A stretch of DNA of 38,784 nt from an uncultured Muribaculaceae bacterium (GCA_964545825.1 CAZJGX010000001.1:1-38784), one strand, 5' to 3'. Counted from the stretch's first letter, positions 26,585-36,248 are shown. Translations and numbers: made by a program. The notes: generated from the sequence alone by a model not told the origin.

Positions 26585-27719
26585 AAAAATCAAAGTATTT
26601 ATTATCGCAGGCGAAGTATCTGGCGATGTTTTGGGTGGTCGCATAATTGAACATATGCGTGATGGTGCAGAATTTGTCGGTGTCGGTGGTGAAAATATGA
26701 CGGCGGCCGGCATGGTCAGTCTGTTCCCGATGTCTGATTTGGCTGTTATGGGAATATTAGAGGTTGCCGCGCATGCTCGTACATTGACACGCCGTATGCG
26801 CCAGACAGCTGATGAAATAATTCGTACACGTCCAGATATTGTTTTAACGATTGATGCACCGGGTTTTGCACGTGGTGTTATCAAATTGGTTAAAAAATCA
26901 CGTGCAGGTCGCGATTTAATAAAGAACGGTCTGCGGTTTCATCACTTTGTTGCGCCCCAGGTTTGGGCGTGGCGTCCAGGTCGTGCAAAAAAGTACGCAA
27001 AAACGTTTGATAAACTGTATGCATTTTTTGATTTCGAAGTGCCCTATTTCACCCAATATGGCCTGTCTACGATTGCGGTGGGGCATCCAATTGCGGATAA
27101 ATTAATCGGTCTGTATCCGGACAGGCGTGTGACGGAAAAGATTATCACTCTTATCCCCGGCAGCCGTATGAGCGAGGTAAAAAAATTACTGCCCGTATTT
27201 CGTCAAATTGTAGATATGATGACATCATGTGGATATACCGGATATAAATTTGTAATGCCAACGGTTGAAACAACAGACGCATATTTGCGCGAACAGATTG
27301 ATGCGTGGCCTGTAAAGCCGGAACTGGTGCCGGCGGGTCAGCGATATGATTGGTATTCCAAAACCTATATTGCAATCGCGGCCAGTGGCACTGTATCCGC
27401 TGAATTGGCCATGATTCATATCCCGGCGATAATCATATATAAAATGAATCCGGTCACCACATGGCTGGTTCGTCAGGCTATACGAACAAAATGGGTGTCA
27501 TTGGTAAATGTTTTACTGCAACGTAGTGTGTATCCGGAATTTTTAGGGCCGGCGGCCACCGCACAAAACGTTGTAAATGCATTTTGCGAGTTATCTATCC
27601 CGTCTGTGCGTGAAAAAATGGTTGCCCAATTGCGTGATGCGGATAAATTATGGCGTCCGGGTGACAGCGGTGTGGTTGGCATAATTGCCGATGATATATA
27701 TAAAACCGTATCTAAATAA
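26574..27719 (+). CDS. lpxB: lipid-A-disaccharide synthase
   Basis: Start at MQNKKIKVFIIAGEVSGD..GG..M. IDAPGF. PQVWAWR. PGSR. AASGTVSAELA. Confidence 0.9.
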   Translation: MQNKKIKVFIIAGEVSGDVLGGRIIEHMRDGAEFVGVGGENMTAAGMVSLFPMSDLAVMGILEVAAHARTLTRRMRQTADEIIRTRPDIVLTIDAPGFARGVIKLVKKSRAGRDLIKNGLRFHHFVAPQVWAWRPGRAKKYAKTFDKLYAFFDFEVPYFTQYGLSTIAVGHPIADKLIGLYPDRRVTEKIITLIPGSRMSEVKKLLPVFRQIVDMMTSCGYTGYKFVMPTVETTDAYLREQIDAWPVKPELVPAGQRYDWYSKTYIAIAASGTVSAELAMIHIPAIIIYKMNPVTTWLVRQAIRTKWVSLVNVLLQRSVYPEFLGPAATAQNVVNAFCELSIPSVREKMVAQLRDADKLWRPGDSGVVGIIADDIYKTVSK

Positions 27720-27740
27720 TGTTTTAATGTTATAAAATTC

Positions 27741-27767
27741 AAAAACGCCAATTAATGGCGTTTTTTA
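27741..27767. terminator. bidirectional terminator
   Basis: A5-CGCCA-ATTAA-TGGCG-T6 between convergent lpxB and the 859-aa gene. Confidence 0.8.
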
Positions 27768-27776
27768 TTATAGGGA

Positions 27777-30356
27777 TTATTTTGTTAATGCTTGGGGCGC
27801 TTTGTCTGGAATTTCGCATGCAGACCCAGCAGACCCACTGGGTTTATATGGGCATACCTGTTTCGTGGTCAGATTGATTGATTGGGTGCACCACTGGTCA
27901 CGTGATGTGTCGGTGGTTGCCTGTGATACCTTGATGCCTTCTGTGCTGCAGGCGGCGTCAAGCGCATCTTTGCCATCTTTTGGCGTTATTGTTGGCAGCG
28001 CGGCAACGCAAATCGGGCTTTTCCCCCATTTGCTGCGTCGGCCACCGTTTTCCCAGCACAGGCATGCCCCCCATGATTGTGTATCTACACTTAAACCATA
28101 GTCACGTGGACACATGTTTTCTTGGGTGCCAATACTGTATGAACTTATCAAGTCTGCATAATCTGATTTTTCAAAATCCCCAATGCAAAAGTCGGTTTCT
28201 GTGTACGCGTGCAACGGCAATATAAATTGCGGTTCCAAGAATCTGCCTTGCAGATTTGAGCACTGAATAGACAGCATATCGACAATCTGATAGTAAATTT
28301 CGGTTGCAACGCCGGTTGGACGTGGTTCGTGATGCGCCAATAGGGGCTTTTTTGTTTTTTTGCCGCCCTCTTCTATTTCCTTTACTTCTTTTGTGCCGTA
28401 TCTGATTTCGGCTTCTTTTGGTTCTGACGTAATTTCAAACAAAATGCCCTTGGATGATATCTTTGTAGTGTAATATTTGTCGAATCCACCGAATACTTCT
28501 TCTACTTTGTCCTTGCAAGAATCTATTTCTGCCAATTGTTTTGCACACTCTGATTTGTATTGGTGGCCACCAGTGGTTTCGTCATACAGGGTTAACCAAT
28601 CCAATGCCTCGCCGGATGTGAACAGCCCACTGTACGGATAGTAAAAGTTCTGGTATCCTGTTCCGCCAAATTTATCAAAGCATTGTTTTGCTGCCGCGCG
28701 ACATGCAGATGTGCGATCGGTATCTTTGCGATTCTCGATATAGTCTGCGATGATTTTGCCGTCAAACATATTGTCGCATGAATTAACATAGTTGCGACAC
28801 ATTTCACTGTTTAATACGACTTTGTCCGGTTGGATTACAATATCACTGCCGTCGGTCAGTGCCTGCATTGCCTGGGTTAAACCTTTGTCCACGTTTGTAT
28901 AACATGATGAAATGAAATCAAAACAGCCTTGTTTAATTTCTGCAACTTTGGACTTTTGGGCATAGTATATAGACAGCAGTGCCTTGTCCAGATATTCTGC
29001 CCAGACGTCATCTGCCTGCTCGACGCATTTATCTAATGCGGGTGCTGCGAATTTTTTTACACGTTTTTCAAAGTTTTGAACGAATTGACGATTGTCGACC
29101 AATTTTGATAATTGTTGGTTTGCGGCATCAACACTGTCACTGAACGTTAACAATTTTTCCAGTTCATAGAATTTTTCAACACCGGTAATAGGCTTGCCCG
29201 TAGATATATCGATAAATTCACCATTATCCAGACACTTGTGATAATTTGCACCGCATACTTCTTCGCTAAGTACGGCGGCCTCTACATTATTCAAACATGT
29301 TGTAAAGTCGGATGAATTGTGGTTTTTGCGGTTTTCAACACGTGCCAAATCCAGCATTGCACTGCCCTCGCGCACGGCGGATTTCATTTGCTTTTGCTTG
29401 GTTTCTATCGCAGTTTGGACAGTATTGCAGTCTTGTTCAATCGCCATCAAGTATGCAGTTATTGCACGTTGCAATGACGCGTCATTACAATCACCGCGTA
29501 CGGCCTGGCGGCATTGGGGGTATACGGCGGAATATAAATTTTTGCCGTTATAGGTACCGATTATTTGGCCGGCATCAGCCGTACCAAACGCATTGGCGGT
29601 ATCAAATGATATGTTGATGCTGTTCAGGTCAGAATATTTTCCACCAACCGATGCATTGTCGCCACGTATAGAATTCATAATTGCCTGTAATAATGCCTTG
29701 GATGCCGATGAATCTGATGTTAGTGCACTTTCACCCTCGGATGCGCGTTTCATGGATGTTGCCTGGGCGGCGGTCATACCAACAACGTCCAGGTTTTCTG
29801 TAAATGTGGTTAATTTTTCGCCGGCCTGTTGCAGTGTGTCAAACGCATCATCCAAATCGTACACCCTGTCATTGCAAGAGCATCGACGATAATTGTCGTT
29901 TTTCAGTTGGCAAAACTGATCCATACATGTGAAATATGCGGTTTTGCAACGTTCATAATCTGCACCGGTGCGTGTTTGACTCATTACGCTGGTGTCTGTA
30001 TCTGTTGCAGCGCGTGCGTTGGTGGCGGGCATCCGGGTTGTTGTGGCCCGTGTGGCAACTGTTTTTAATGCGGTTGCGGCACGTGATATTGTGGCGCGTG
30101 CGCCACTGGTTTCAGGTGTTGCCCGTTGTGATACGTTATTTGCAGTACGTGCACTTGTGCGTGCCGATGTGGTTGTTGCCCGGGCCTGTGAATTTGATGT
30201 GCCCAAGCGTGATGTTGTGGTGCGTTCAACAGGCTTGGTTGAAACAACACGTTGTGATGATGTGGTACGTGAATTTGATGCGCCGTCACGCACGGCGGCC
30301 GTTGCGCCTGATGCAATAAATATAGAATATGCGATAAAAATTAGAATTCTGCTCAT
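27777..30356 (-). CDS. large secreted cysteine-rich protein (859 aa) with N-terminal T/S/A/R-rich low-complexity region
   Basis: Signal peptide MSRILIFIAYSIFIASGATA. About 110 aa of ARATTTSARTSART-type low complexity. The remainder is Cys-rich, with no motif I recognise. Confidence 0.7.
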   Translation of the reverse strand: MSRILIFIAYSIFIASGATAAVRDGASNSRTTSSQRVVSTKPVERTTTSRLGTSNSQARATTTSARTSARTANNVSQRATPETSGARATISRAATALKTVATRATTTRMPATNARAATDTDTSVMSQTRTGADYERCKTAYFTCMDQFCQLKNDNYRRCSCNDRVYDLDDAFDTLQQAGEKLTTFTENLDVVGMTAAQATSMKRASEGESALTSDSSASKALLQAIMNSIRGDNASVGGKYSDLNSINISFDTANAFGTADAGQIIGTYNGKNLYSAVYPQCRQAVRGDCNDASLQRAITAYLMAIEQDCNTVQTAIETKQKQMKSAVREGSAMLDLARVENRKNHNSSDFTTCLNNVEAAVLSEEVCGANYHKCLDNGEFIDISTGKPITGVEKFYELEKLLTFSDSVDAANQQLSKLVDNRQFVQNFEKRVKKFAAPALDKCVEQADDVWAEYLDKALLSIYYAQKSKVAEIKQGCFDFISSCYTNVDKGLTQAMQALTDGSDIVIQPDKVVLNSEMCRNYVNSCDNMFDGKIIADYIENRKDTDRTSACRAAAKQCFDKFGGTGYQNFYYPYSGLFTSGEALDWLTLYDETTGGHQYKSECAKQLAEIDSCKDKVEEVFGGFDKYYTTKISSKGILFEITSEPKEAEIRYGTKEVKEIEEGGKKTKKPLLAHHEPRPTGVATEIYYQIVDMLSIQCSNLQGRFLEPQFILPLHAYTETDFCIGDFEKSDYADLISSYSIGTQENMCPRDYGLSVDTQSWGACLCWENGGRRSKWGKSPICVAALPTITPKDGKDALDAACSTEGIKVSQATTDTSRDQWCTQSINLTTKQVCPYKPSGSAGSACEIPDKAPQALTK

Positions 30357-30486
30357 CTCTGATATTAGTCTAGCAAATTACGGAATTTTAGAGCAAGGCA
30401 AAAATGTATCTTTTATTCATCATGATTTTGTACCTGGTGATGTCTGGTGTGACGTTATGATATGGTTTTGAAAAAAAGGATTGCTA

Positions 30487-31092
30487 ATGAATACATCGCG
30501 ATTGGCGGCGTTCAGTGATGGATTATTTGCCGTTATTATCACTATTATGGTGCTGGAATTACAGGCGCCAATTGGCTGGACATTTGGGGCGTTGACCCCG
30601 CTGATACCGATATTTTTAAGTTATGTATTAAGTTTTGTTTATGGCGCGGTGTTCTGGATAAATCATAGATATTTATTACAGGCCACACGACGGTTAAGTA
30701 ATGGTGTACTGTGGGCGAATTTAAATTTTTTATTTTGGTTGTCATTGATACCGTTTTTTACCGCATGGGTGGATGAAAACCATTTTAATCCGGTGCCGGT
30801 TGCGGCATATGGTGCGGCATTGGTATGCGTGTTTGTGTCGTATCGTGTATTAGAATTAATCTTGTTGCGTATACATGATGCAGATGCGCCGATTGTGCGT
30901 GGTCTGCGTTCTGGTACGCGTGAAAAGTTATCCATATCAATTTTGATAATTGCCGCATGTGTCGCATTTGTTCATCCGTTAATATCAATGGCGATATATA
31001 TTGGTGTTGCCGTATGGTGGGTGCAACCGTCAAAATCGCTGCGGCGTGCGATGGCGGAAATTGAATCCGACCAAGGCACACGGAATAAATAA
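30487..31092 (+). CDS. TMEM175-family (DUF1211) potassium channel
   Basis: RLAAFSDGLFAVIITIMVLEL signature, 6 hydrophobic helices. A TTG at 30481 is also possible. Confidence 0.8.
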   Translation: MNTSRLAAFSDGLFAVIITIMVLELQAPIGWTFGALTPLIPIFLSYVLSFVYGAVFWINHRYLLQATRRLSNGVLWANLNFLFWLSLIPFFTAWVDENHFNPVPVAAYGAALVCVFVSYRVLELILLRIHDADAPIVRGLRSGTREKLSISILIIAACVAFVHPLISMAIYIGVAVWWVQPSKSLRRAMAEIESDQGTRNK

Positions 31093-31149
31093 TTTGAATT
31101 TTTCCCCTTGCAATAGATTGAAAGTTAATATAATATATGCACCAGTACT

Positions 31150-31236
31150 GCGGATATGGCGGAATTGGTAGACGCGCTAGTTTCAGGTACTAGTGGCAGC
31201 AATGCCTTGGAAGTTCGAGTCTTCTTATCCGCACCA
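31150..31236 (+). tRNA. tRNA-Leu(CAG)
   Basis: Cloverleaf: acceptor GCGGATA/TATCCGC, anticodon stem CTAGT/ACTAG with loop TTCAGGT, long variable arm, TTCGAGT T-loop, encoded CCA. Confidence 0.9.
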
Positions 31237-31241
31237 GTTTT

Positions 31242-31317
31242 GGGGTTGTAGCTCAGTTGATAGAGCGCTACGTTCGCATCGTAGAGGTCGTGGGTTTGAG
31301 TCCCATCAGCTCCACCA
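31242..31317 (+). tRNA. tRNA-Ala(CGC)
   Basis: Acceptor GGGGTTG/CAGCTCC with G3:U70, anticodon stem CTACG/CGTAG with loop TTCGCAT, encoded CCA. Confidence 0.9.
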
Positions 31318-31321
31318 AGAT

Positions 31322-31347
31322 AACCGACTGAAATCAGCCGGTTTTTT
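31322..31347 (+). terminator. intrinsic terminator after the tRNA pair
   Basis: AACCGACTGA-AA-TCAGCCGGTT plus a T run. Confidence 0.75.
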
Positions 31348-31353
31348 CTTTTG

Positions 31354-32487
31354 TTATTCTGATGTTATTGCGTCGTCAATAATTGAATATATGATGCCGT
31401 TAATTTGGGTGCGCAGTTGCCCCGTGTTGCGGTTTGGTGTCATGTTGGCATAGAATATTTTTCCATTTATTTCTGCATACAGGGATGGCGATGTCTTTTT
31501 ATTGTTGCGCAGATGTATTTTTGCATTATTGCCGATATGTAGTACGTGACCACAGTCGCCAGCCTCGTCTGCGCCGGGGCCATACCCAATTGTCGTCAGG
31601 TTATCGGAACATTGATTGCGCGTACCTGGTGTACCATAATTTGTTATTGATGCGGGTGCCCAAAATCCGGCCCCCACAGGTGTACAGATATATAATGGTG
31701 ATTCTGGGCCGCCGGTGGCTGTGTCGTATCCTTGGTTTTCCAGAAATGTATCGGTTATATCATCATAAAATCCGATGCTGTCATCGGATATGCGGCGCAC
31801 AGGTGTATATCGATGAATCAAGTTATTGTCACGATAAATGTATACCCTATATATATTACCATAATATAGTGAGTCATGTGTATCAACGCTTCCTATTTTG
31901 CAGGTTGCCGGTTGTGTATAGTCAACATAGTTATAATCGTGAATATTGTCGCCATTTATTATCAGGCCGCCTGCCCCGATAGATATATCGTACATTTGAT
32001 TGGATTTCAGTTGAGTTTTGTTAATTTGACCGCCGTATCTGAAAAATTCGCTGTATATTTGAAAAGATTTATCGCCCGGCCCCTGGGAGACAAAGTGTCC
32101 GGCGATACTTATTGTGCGCGTTTTTTCGTTTAATGGGTAAAAAACTGCGCGCAGAGTATCGTTGCCGGTTAAATAGACGCCCGTGTCAAATGCCGTGTGT
32201 TTGGTTTGTATTTGTGCATTGGTATCTTTACTGTTATCAAAATGAACGTATTCCAAGATTGCATATTTATTGCTGGGGGTTGGGTAATATCCACCAGGGC
32301 ACGCTATTGCGCATTGTGATATATCTGTTTTTCCATCGGTTGTGTCGGCATCAAATCCCATGGGACAATCCATGCATAATTCGTGTTCGACGTTGTAATA
32401 TGTTGCGCCATGGCATCCGTCGGCGTATGCGTATGTTGTGTTACATGTGTATATAAATGCCGCAATAATGATATATTTGTTGTACAT
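31354..32487 (-). CDS. secreted protein (377 aa): N-terminal Cys-rich module plus beta-rich central/C-terminal region
   Basis: Start at MYNKYIIIAAFIYTCNTTYAYA. CMDCPMGFDADTTDGKTDISQCAIACPGGYY. YRVYIYRDNNLIHRYTPVRRISDDSIGFYDDITDTFLEN. Preceded by leader copy 5. Confidence 0.7.
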   Translation of the reverse strand: MYNKYIIIAAFIYTCNTTYAYADGCHGATYYNVEHELCMDCPMGFDADTTDGKTDISQCAIACPGGYYPTPSNKYAILEYVHFDNSKDTNAQIQTKHTAFDTGVYLTGNDTLRAVFYPLNEKTRTISIAGHFVSQGPGDKSFQIYSEFFRYGGQINKTQLKSNQMYDISIGAGGLIINGDNIHDYNYVDYTQPATCKIGSVDTHDSLYYGNIYRVYIYRDNNLIHRYTPVRRISDDSIGFYDDITDTFLENQGYDTATGGPESPLYICTPVGAGFWAPASITNYGTPGTRNQCSDNLTTIGYGPGADEAGDCGHVLHIGNNAKIHLRNNKKTSPSLYAEINGKIFYANMTPNRNTGQLRTQINGIIYSIIDDAITSE

Positions 32488-32726
32488 AAATCCCCCTATT
32501 CTGCATATGCAAAAACCACCTATGCGTGGTGGTTGGAGGTTCGTTACAATTTTGCTTAAATTGTGCTGTTTATTCGATATATTCACAGGCCCTCCAACCG
32601 CTTCTGATTGGAGATATTTAACGTCGCGCCATTTATGGCGTGGACGAAGCTAAAAGAGGTAACGACACCCCTGTATGATGCATTTCATACATTGCTATTT
32701 TATATTAAAACAGTATTCGTTAGCAA
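32488..32726 (-). promoter_or_regulatory. promoter + structured 5' leader, copy 5 (most divergent, compensatory changes)
   Basis: Minus strand: -35 TTGCTA 32721-32726, 16 nt, -10 TATAAA 32699-32704. GTATGA/TCATAC hairpin. CGCCA-TAAA-TGGCG. CTCCAATC (32606-32613) / GGTTGGAGGG (32590-32599) / CCTCCAACC (32531-32539). CCACC/GGTGG 32516-32532 plus U5. Confidence 0.75.
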
Positions 32727-32736
32727 GAGGGTTTTT

Positions 32737-32766
32737 ATAAAAAATGCCCCGGTAAAGGGGCTGTTT
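32737..32766 (-). terminator. intrinsic terminator of the rfb operon
   Basis: GCCCC-TTTACC-GGGGC then ATTTTTT on the minus strand. Confidence 0.8.
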
Positions 32767-33783
32767 TTATTTTTTGTTATCCAGATACCATTTGACTGTT
32801 TTTACAATACCGGTATCAAACGTTTCGTCCGCACGCCAGCCGAGTTCGTTTTCCAGTTTTGTTGCATCAATTGCGTATCTGAAATCGTGCCCTGCCCGGT
32901 CGGCAACAAATTCAATTTGGTCGGCATACGTTTTTCCGTCGCTGCGTGGGCGCATTTCGTCCAATATTGCACATATTGTTTTTACAATGGTTATATTGTT
33001 GCGTTCATTATGCCCGCCAATATTATATGTTTGGCCAGATTTACCGGTATGGAATATTAAATCAATCGCCTTGGCATGATCCAAAACATACAGCCAATCG
33101 CGCACATTTTCGCCACGACCATAAATTGGTAATGGTTGGCCGGCCAATGCCTTGGATATAATATGTGGGATTAATTTTTCATTATGTTGTTTTGGCCCAT
33201 AATTATTAGAGCAATTAGATGTTGTCACGTTCATGCCAAATGTGTGGTGGTATGCACGTACGATAAAATCTGAACTGGCCTTGGATGCCGAATACGGGCT
33301 GTTTGGTGCATAAGGTGTGGTTTCGGTAAAAAATCCGTCAGGGCCCAATGCGCCATATACTTCGTCTGTTGAAATGTGGTGGAAACGACAGTCCTCGTAT
33401 CCTGGCTTTACCCGGCCTGGGCCATCCATCCAGTGTTGACGTGCAACATCAATCAGGTTAAATGTCCCGGCAATATTTGTCTGGATAAATGCGCCTGGGT
33501 TTTTGATAGAATTGTCAACGTGACTTTCAGCGGCAAAGTGAATAACGCCACGGATATCGTGTTCGCGAAACAATTTTTCAATTAATTCGCGGTCGCATAT
33601 ATCGCCTTGGATAAATTTATAATTTGGCATGTTTTCGCACTCTGACAAATTATCCAAGTTGCCCGCATACGTTAACTTGTCCAGATTGATAATATTATAT
33701 TCTGGATATTTAGACGCAAAATATGGAACAAAGTTTGAACCGATAAATCCGGCGCCGCCTGTGACTAGAATTGTTTTAGACAT
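32767..33783 (-). CDS. rfbB: dTDP-glucose 4,6-dehydratase
   Basis: ILVTGGAGFIGSNF, HFAAESHVD, YSASKASSD, GENVRDWLYV. Confidence 0.95.
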   Translation of the reverse strand: MSKTILVTGGAGFIGSNFVPYFASKYPEYNIINLDKLTYAGNLDNLSECENMPNYKFIQGDICDRELIEKLFREHDIRGVIHFAAESHVDNSIKNPGAFIQTNIAGTFNLIDVARQHWMDGPGRVKPGYEDCRFHHISTDEVYGALGPDGFFTETTPYAPNSPYSASKASSDFIVRAYHHTFGMNVTTSNCSNNYGPKQHNEKLIPHIISKALAGQPLPIYGRGENVRDWLYVLDHAKAIDLIFHTGKSGQTYNIGGHNERNNITIVKTICAILDEMRPRSDGKTYADQIEFVADRAGHDFRYAIDATKLENELGWRADETFDTGIVKTVKWYLDNKK

Positions 33784-34586
33784 GTGTTTAAAGCCTCCTG
33801 CCAGTGGTTTATTGTTATGTTAAAGTCTTGTTTGATGGATTGTTTGCTTAATACGCTGTAAGATGGGCGTGTTGCGCGTGTCGGATATTCGGCTGTTGTG
33901 ATTGGATTGACATGACACTTTAATCCTGACAATTTCATTATTGCGCATGCAAAATCGTACCAAGAGCATACGCCTTCGTTTGTAAAGTGATATATGCCAC
34001 GCATCCCGTCGCGCATTTGTGGTAATATCTGGGCAATTGCAGACGCCAAATCTGCCGCACAGGTTGGTGTGCCAATCTGGTCACAAATAACGTTAATGCT
34101 GTCGTGTTCGCTACCAAGGCGTCGCATCGTCTTAACAAAATTATTTCCATATGGCGAATATAACCATGCCGTACGTATAATAATCGCGGCGCGTGCATGT
34201 TGTAATACGGCCTTTTCTCCTGCCAGTTTTGTGCGCCCATATGCAGAAACTGGATTTGGTGCATCATCCGGTGTGTATGGTGTGTGACCGGTGCCGTCAA
34301 ATACGTAATCGGTGGATATATGTATAACTCGCGCCCCGGATTTGGCCAAATTTTCAGGCCCTGTCGCATTTATTTTATATGCGGTGTCTTCATCATCTTC
34401 AGCGCGGTCAACGGCGGTATATGCCGCGCAATTTATAATTGTATCAATATTATTTTCTGTGACGAATTTATTTACGGCGTTTGCGTCGGTTATGTCTAAT
34501 GTGTCAATATCAGCCAAAATTGCGTCTGGTAATAATTTTGCTAATTCTTGGCCCAATTGCCCACGGCTACCGGTTATCAGGTACAT
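33765..34586 (-). CDS. rfbD: dTDP-4-dehydrorhamnose reductase
   Basis: MYLITGSRGQLG, INCAAYTAVD.AE, HISTDYVFDG, YG.TKL.GE. Confidence 0.9.
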   Translation of the reverse strand: MYLITGSRGQLGQELAKLLPDAILADIDTLDITDANAVNKFVTENNIDTIINCAAYTAVDRAEDDEDTAYKINATGPENLAKSGARVIHISTDYVFDGTGHTPYTPDDAPNPVSAYGRTKLAGEKAVLQHARAAIIIRTAWLYSPYGNNFVKTMRRLGSEHDSINVICDQIGTPTCAADLASAIAQILPQMRDGMRGIYHFTNEGVCSWYDFACAIMKLSGLKCHVNPITTAEYPTRATRPSYSVLSKQSIKQDFNITINHWQEALNTCLKQF

Positions 34587-35115
34587 CTTTTAATCCTTTT
34601 GCAATGTTGTCTTTGGCGGATGTTATAATTTTATCGGCAGGTATACGCCAATCAATGCCGATATCCGGGTCATCAAATCTGATACCGAATTCCGCCGATG
34701 GACAGTACAGGTTATCACATTTATATGCGAAAACGGCTGTGTCGGATAATACGGAAAATCCATGCAAGAAACCACGCGGGATAAATAACTGGCGCTGATT
34801 TTCATCGGATAATTCAACGGCAACGTGTCGGCCAAATGTGGCTGACCCTGGGCGAATATCAACCGCAACGTCCAGAACGCGACCTTGCAAGACGCGTACC
34901 AGTTTTGCCTGGGCGTATTCACCCAATTGGCAATGCAGACCGCGTACAACGCCGTATGATGATTTGGACTGATTGTCCTGGACGAATTTATTTGTGATAC
35001 CGGCACGGTGAAATTCCGCCTCGTTATAACTTTCAAAGAAATAACCGCGTGCATCTGTGAATATTTTTGGCTCGACAATGATTACACCGTCGATATCGGT
35101 TTTAATAAAGTTCAT
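34567..35115 (-). CDS. rfbC: dTDP-4-dehydrorhamnose 3,5-epimerase
   Basis: F.D.RGYFFE, VRGLHCQ, KLVRV..G.V.DVAVDIR, L.IP.GF.HGF. Confidence 0.92.
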   Translation of the reverse strand: MNFIKTDIDGVIIVEPKIFTDARGYFFESYNEAEFHRAGITNKFVQDNQSKSSYGVVRGLHCQLGEYAQAKLVRVLQGRVLDVAVDIRPGSATFGRHVAVELSDENQRQLFIPRGFLHGFSVLSDTAVFAYKCDNLYCPSAEFGIRFDDPDIGIDWRIPADKIITSAKDNIAKGLKDVPDNR

Positions 35116-35992
35116 GTTTGTCCTCTTGCGATACTTTGACCAGATAATTTTTATAATCGCTGTCTTTCAGACCACTGATAATTTGATTCAGTTGGTCGGT
35201 TGATATGAATCCCTGGCGAAATGCGATTTCTTCGATACATGCGATTTTCAGGCCCTGGCGTTCTTCGATAATCTGAATAAAGTTCCCAGAATCCATCAGG
35301 CTTTTGGGGGTGCCAGCGTCCAACCATGCATTACCACGGCGCATTGGGACAACGGACATGCGACCTTCGTTCAGGTATATATTGTTCAAATCTGTTATTT
35401 CCAGTTCGCCGCGTGCCGATGGTGTCAACGATTTTGCGCGCGATACAACGTCGGACGGATAAAAATACAGGCCGACAGATGCAAAGTTTGACTTTGGATT
35501 TTTCGGTTTTTCTTCGATAGATATCGCATTTAATTGGTCATCAAATTCAACAACGCCAAAACGCCATGGGTCGGATACATGATATGCAAAGATTGTTGCA
35601 CGTTTACCTGCATTTTGTGAAACAACCTGCTGGAACCATTTGAACTGGTCGCCCATATGGAAAATATTATCGCCCAGAATCAAGCATACGTCATCGTTGC
35701 CGATGAAGTCTGCGCCAATTGTAAAGGCTTGGGCGATACCTTTGGGTTCTGGCTGGACTGCATATTGAATATTCATCCCCAGTGACGTGCCATCACCAAA
35801 TAGGCGTTCGATATTTGGCGTATCTTGGGGTGTTGATATTATCAATATATCACGTATACCAAATTGCATCAATGTTGATAATGGATAATAAATCATAGGT
35901 TTGTCGTATACCGGCAATAACTGTTTTGATGTAGTTTTAGTCAATGGATACAGACGTGTTCCACTGCCCCCGGCCAGAATAATTCCTTTCAT
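35102..35992 (-). CDS. rfbA: glucose-1-phosphate thymidylyltransferase
   Basis: MKGIILAGGSGTRLYPLT...SKQLLPVYDKPMIYYPLS, LGDNIF, EKP..PKSN.A..GLYFY. Confidence 0.95.
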   Translation of the reverse strand: MKGIILAGGSGTRLYPLTKTTSKQLLPVYDKPMIYYPLSTLMQFGIRDILIISTPQDTPNIERLFGDGTSLGMNIQYAVQPEPKGIAQAFTIGADFIGNDDVCLILGDNIFHMGDQFKWFQQVVSQNAGKRATIFAYHVSDPWRFGVVEFDDQLNAISIEEKPKNPKSNFASVGLYFYPSDVVSRAKSLTPSARGELEITDLNNIYLNEGRMSVVPMRRGNAWLDAGTPKSLMDSGNFIQIIEERQGLKIACIEEIAFRQGFISTDQLNQIISGLKDSDYKNYLVKVSQEDKHELY

Positions 35993-36161
35993 GGTATAAT
36001 TTCCTTAACTTGGTTAATAAATATGGTAGAAAAATCCCCAGTCAAAGGCAAGGTTATATTTGTGGTATGTATAATTAAAACAAACATAGAAAATGCGGAT
36101 TTTTTGCTTGCACCGTCGATTGTGTTTTGATAAGATTTTGGTTACACATGGTGACCGTATC

Positions 36162-36248
36162 GGGGATATGGCGGAATGGTAGACGCTGAGGACTTAAAAT
36201 CCTTTGGTTATTGCAACCGTGTGGGTTCGAGTCCCACTATCCCCACCA
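36162..36248 (+). tRNA. tRNA-Leu(TAA)
   Basis: Acceptor GGGGATA/TATCCCC, anticodon loop CTTAAAA, long variable arm, GGTTCGAGTCC T-arm, encoded CCA. Confidence 0.88.

Noticed and set aside
29992-30471. 159-aa plus-strand ORF, and several other ORFs antisense to the 859-aa gene.
   Set aside because: They are generated by the biased low-complexity region on the opposite strand and have no independent support.
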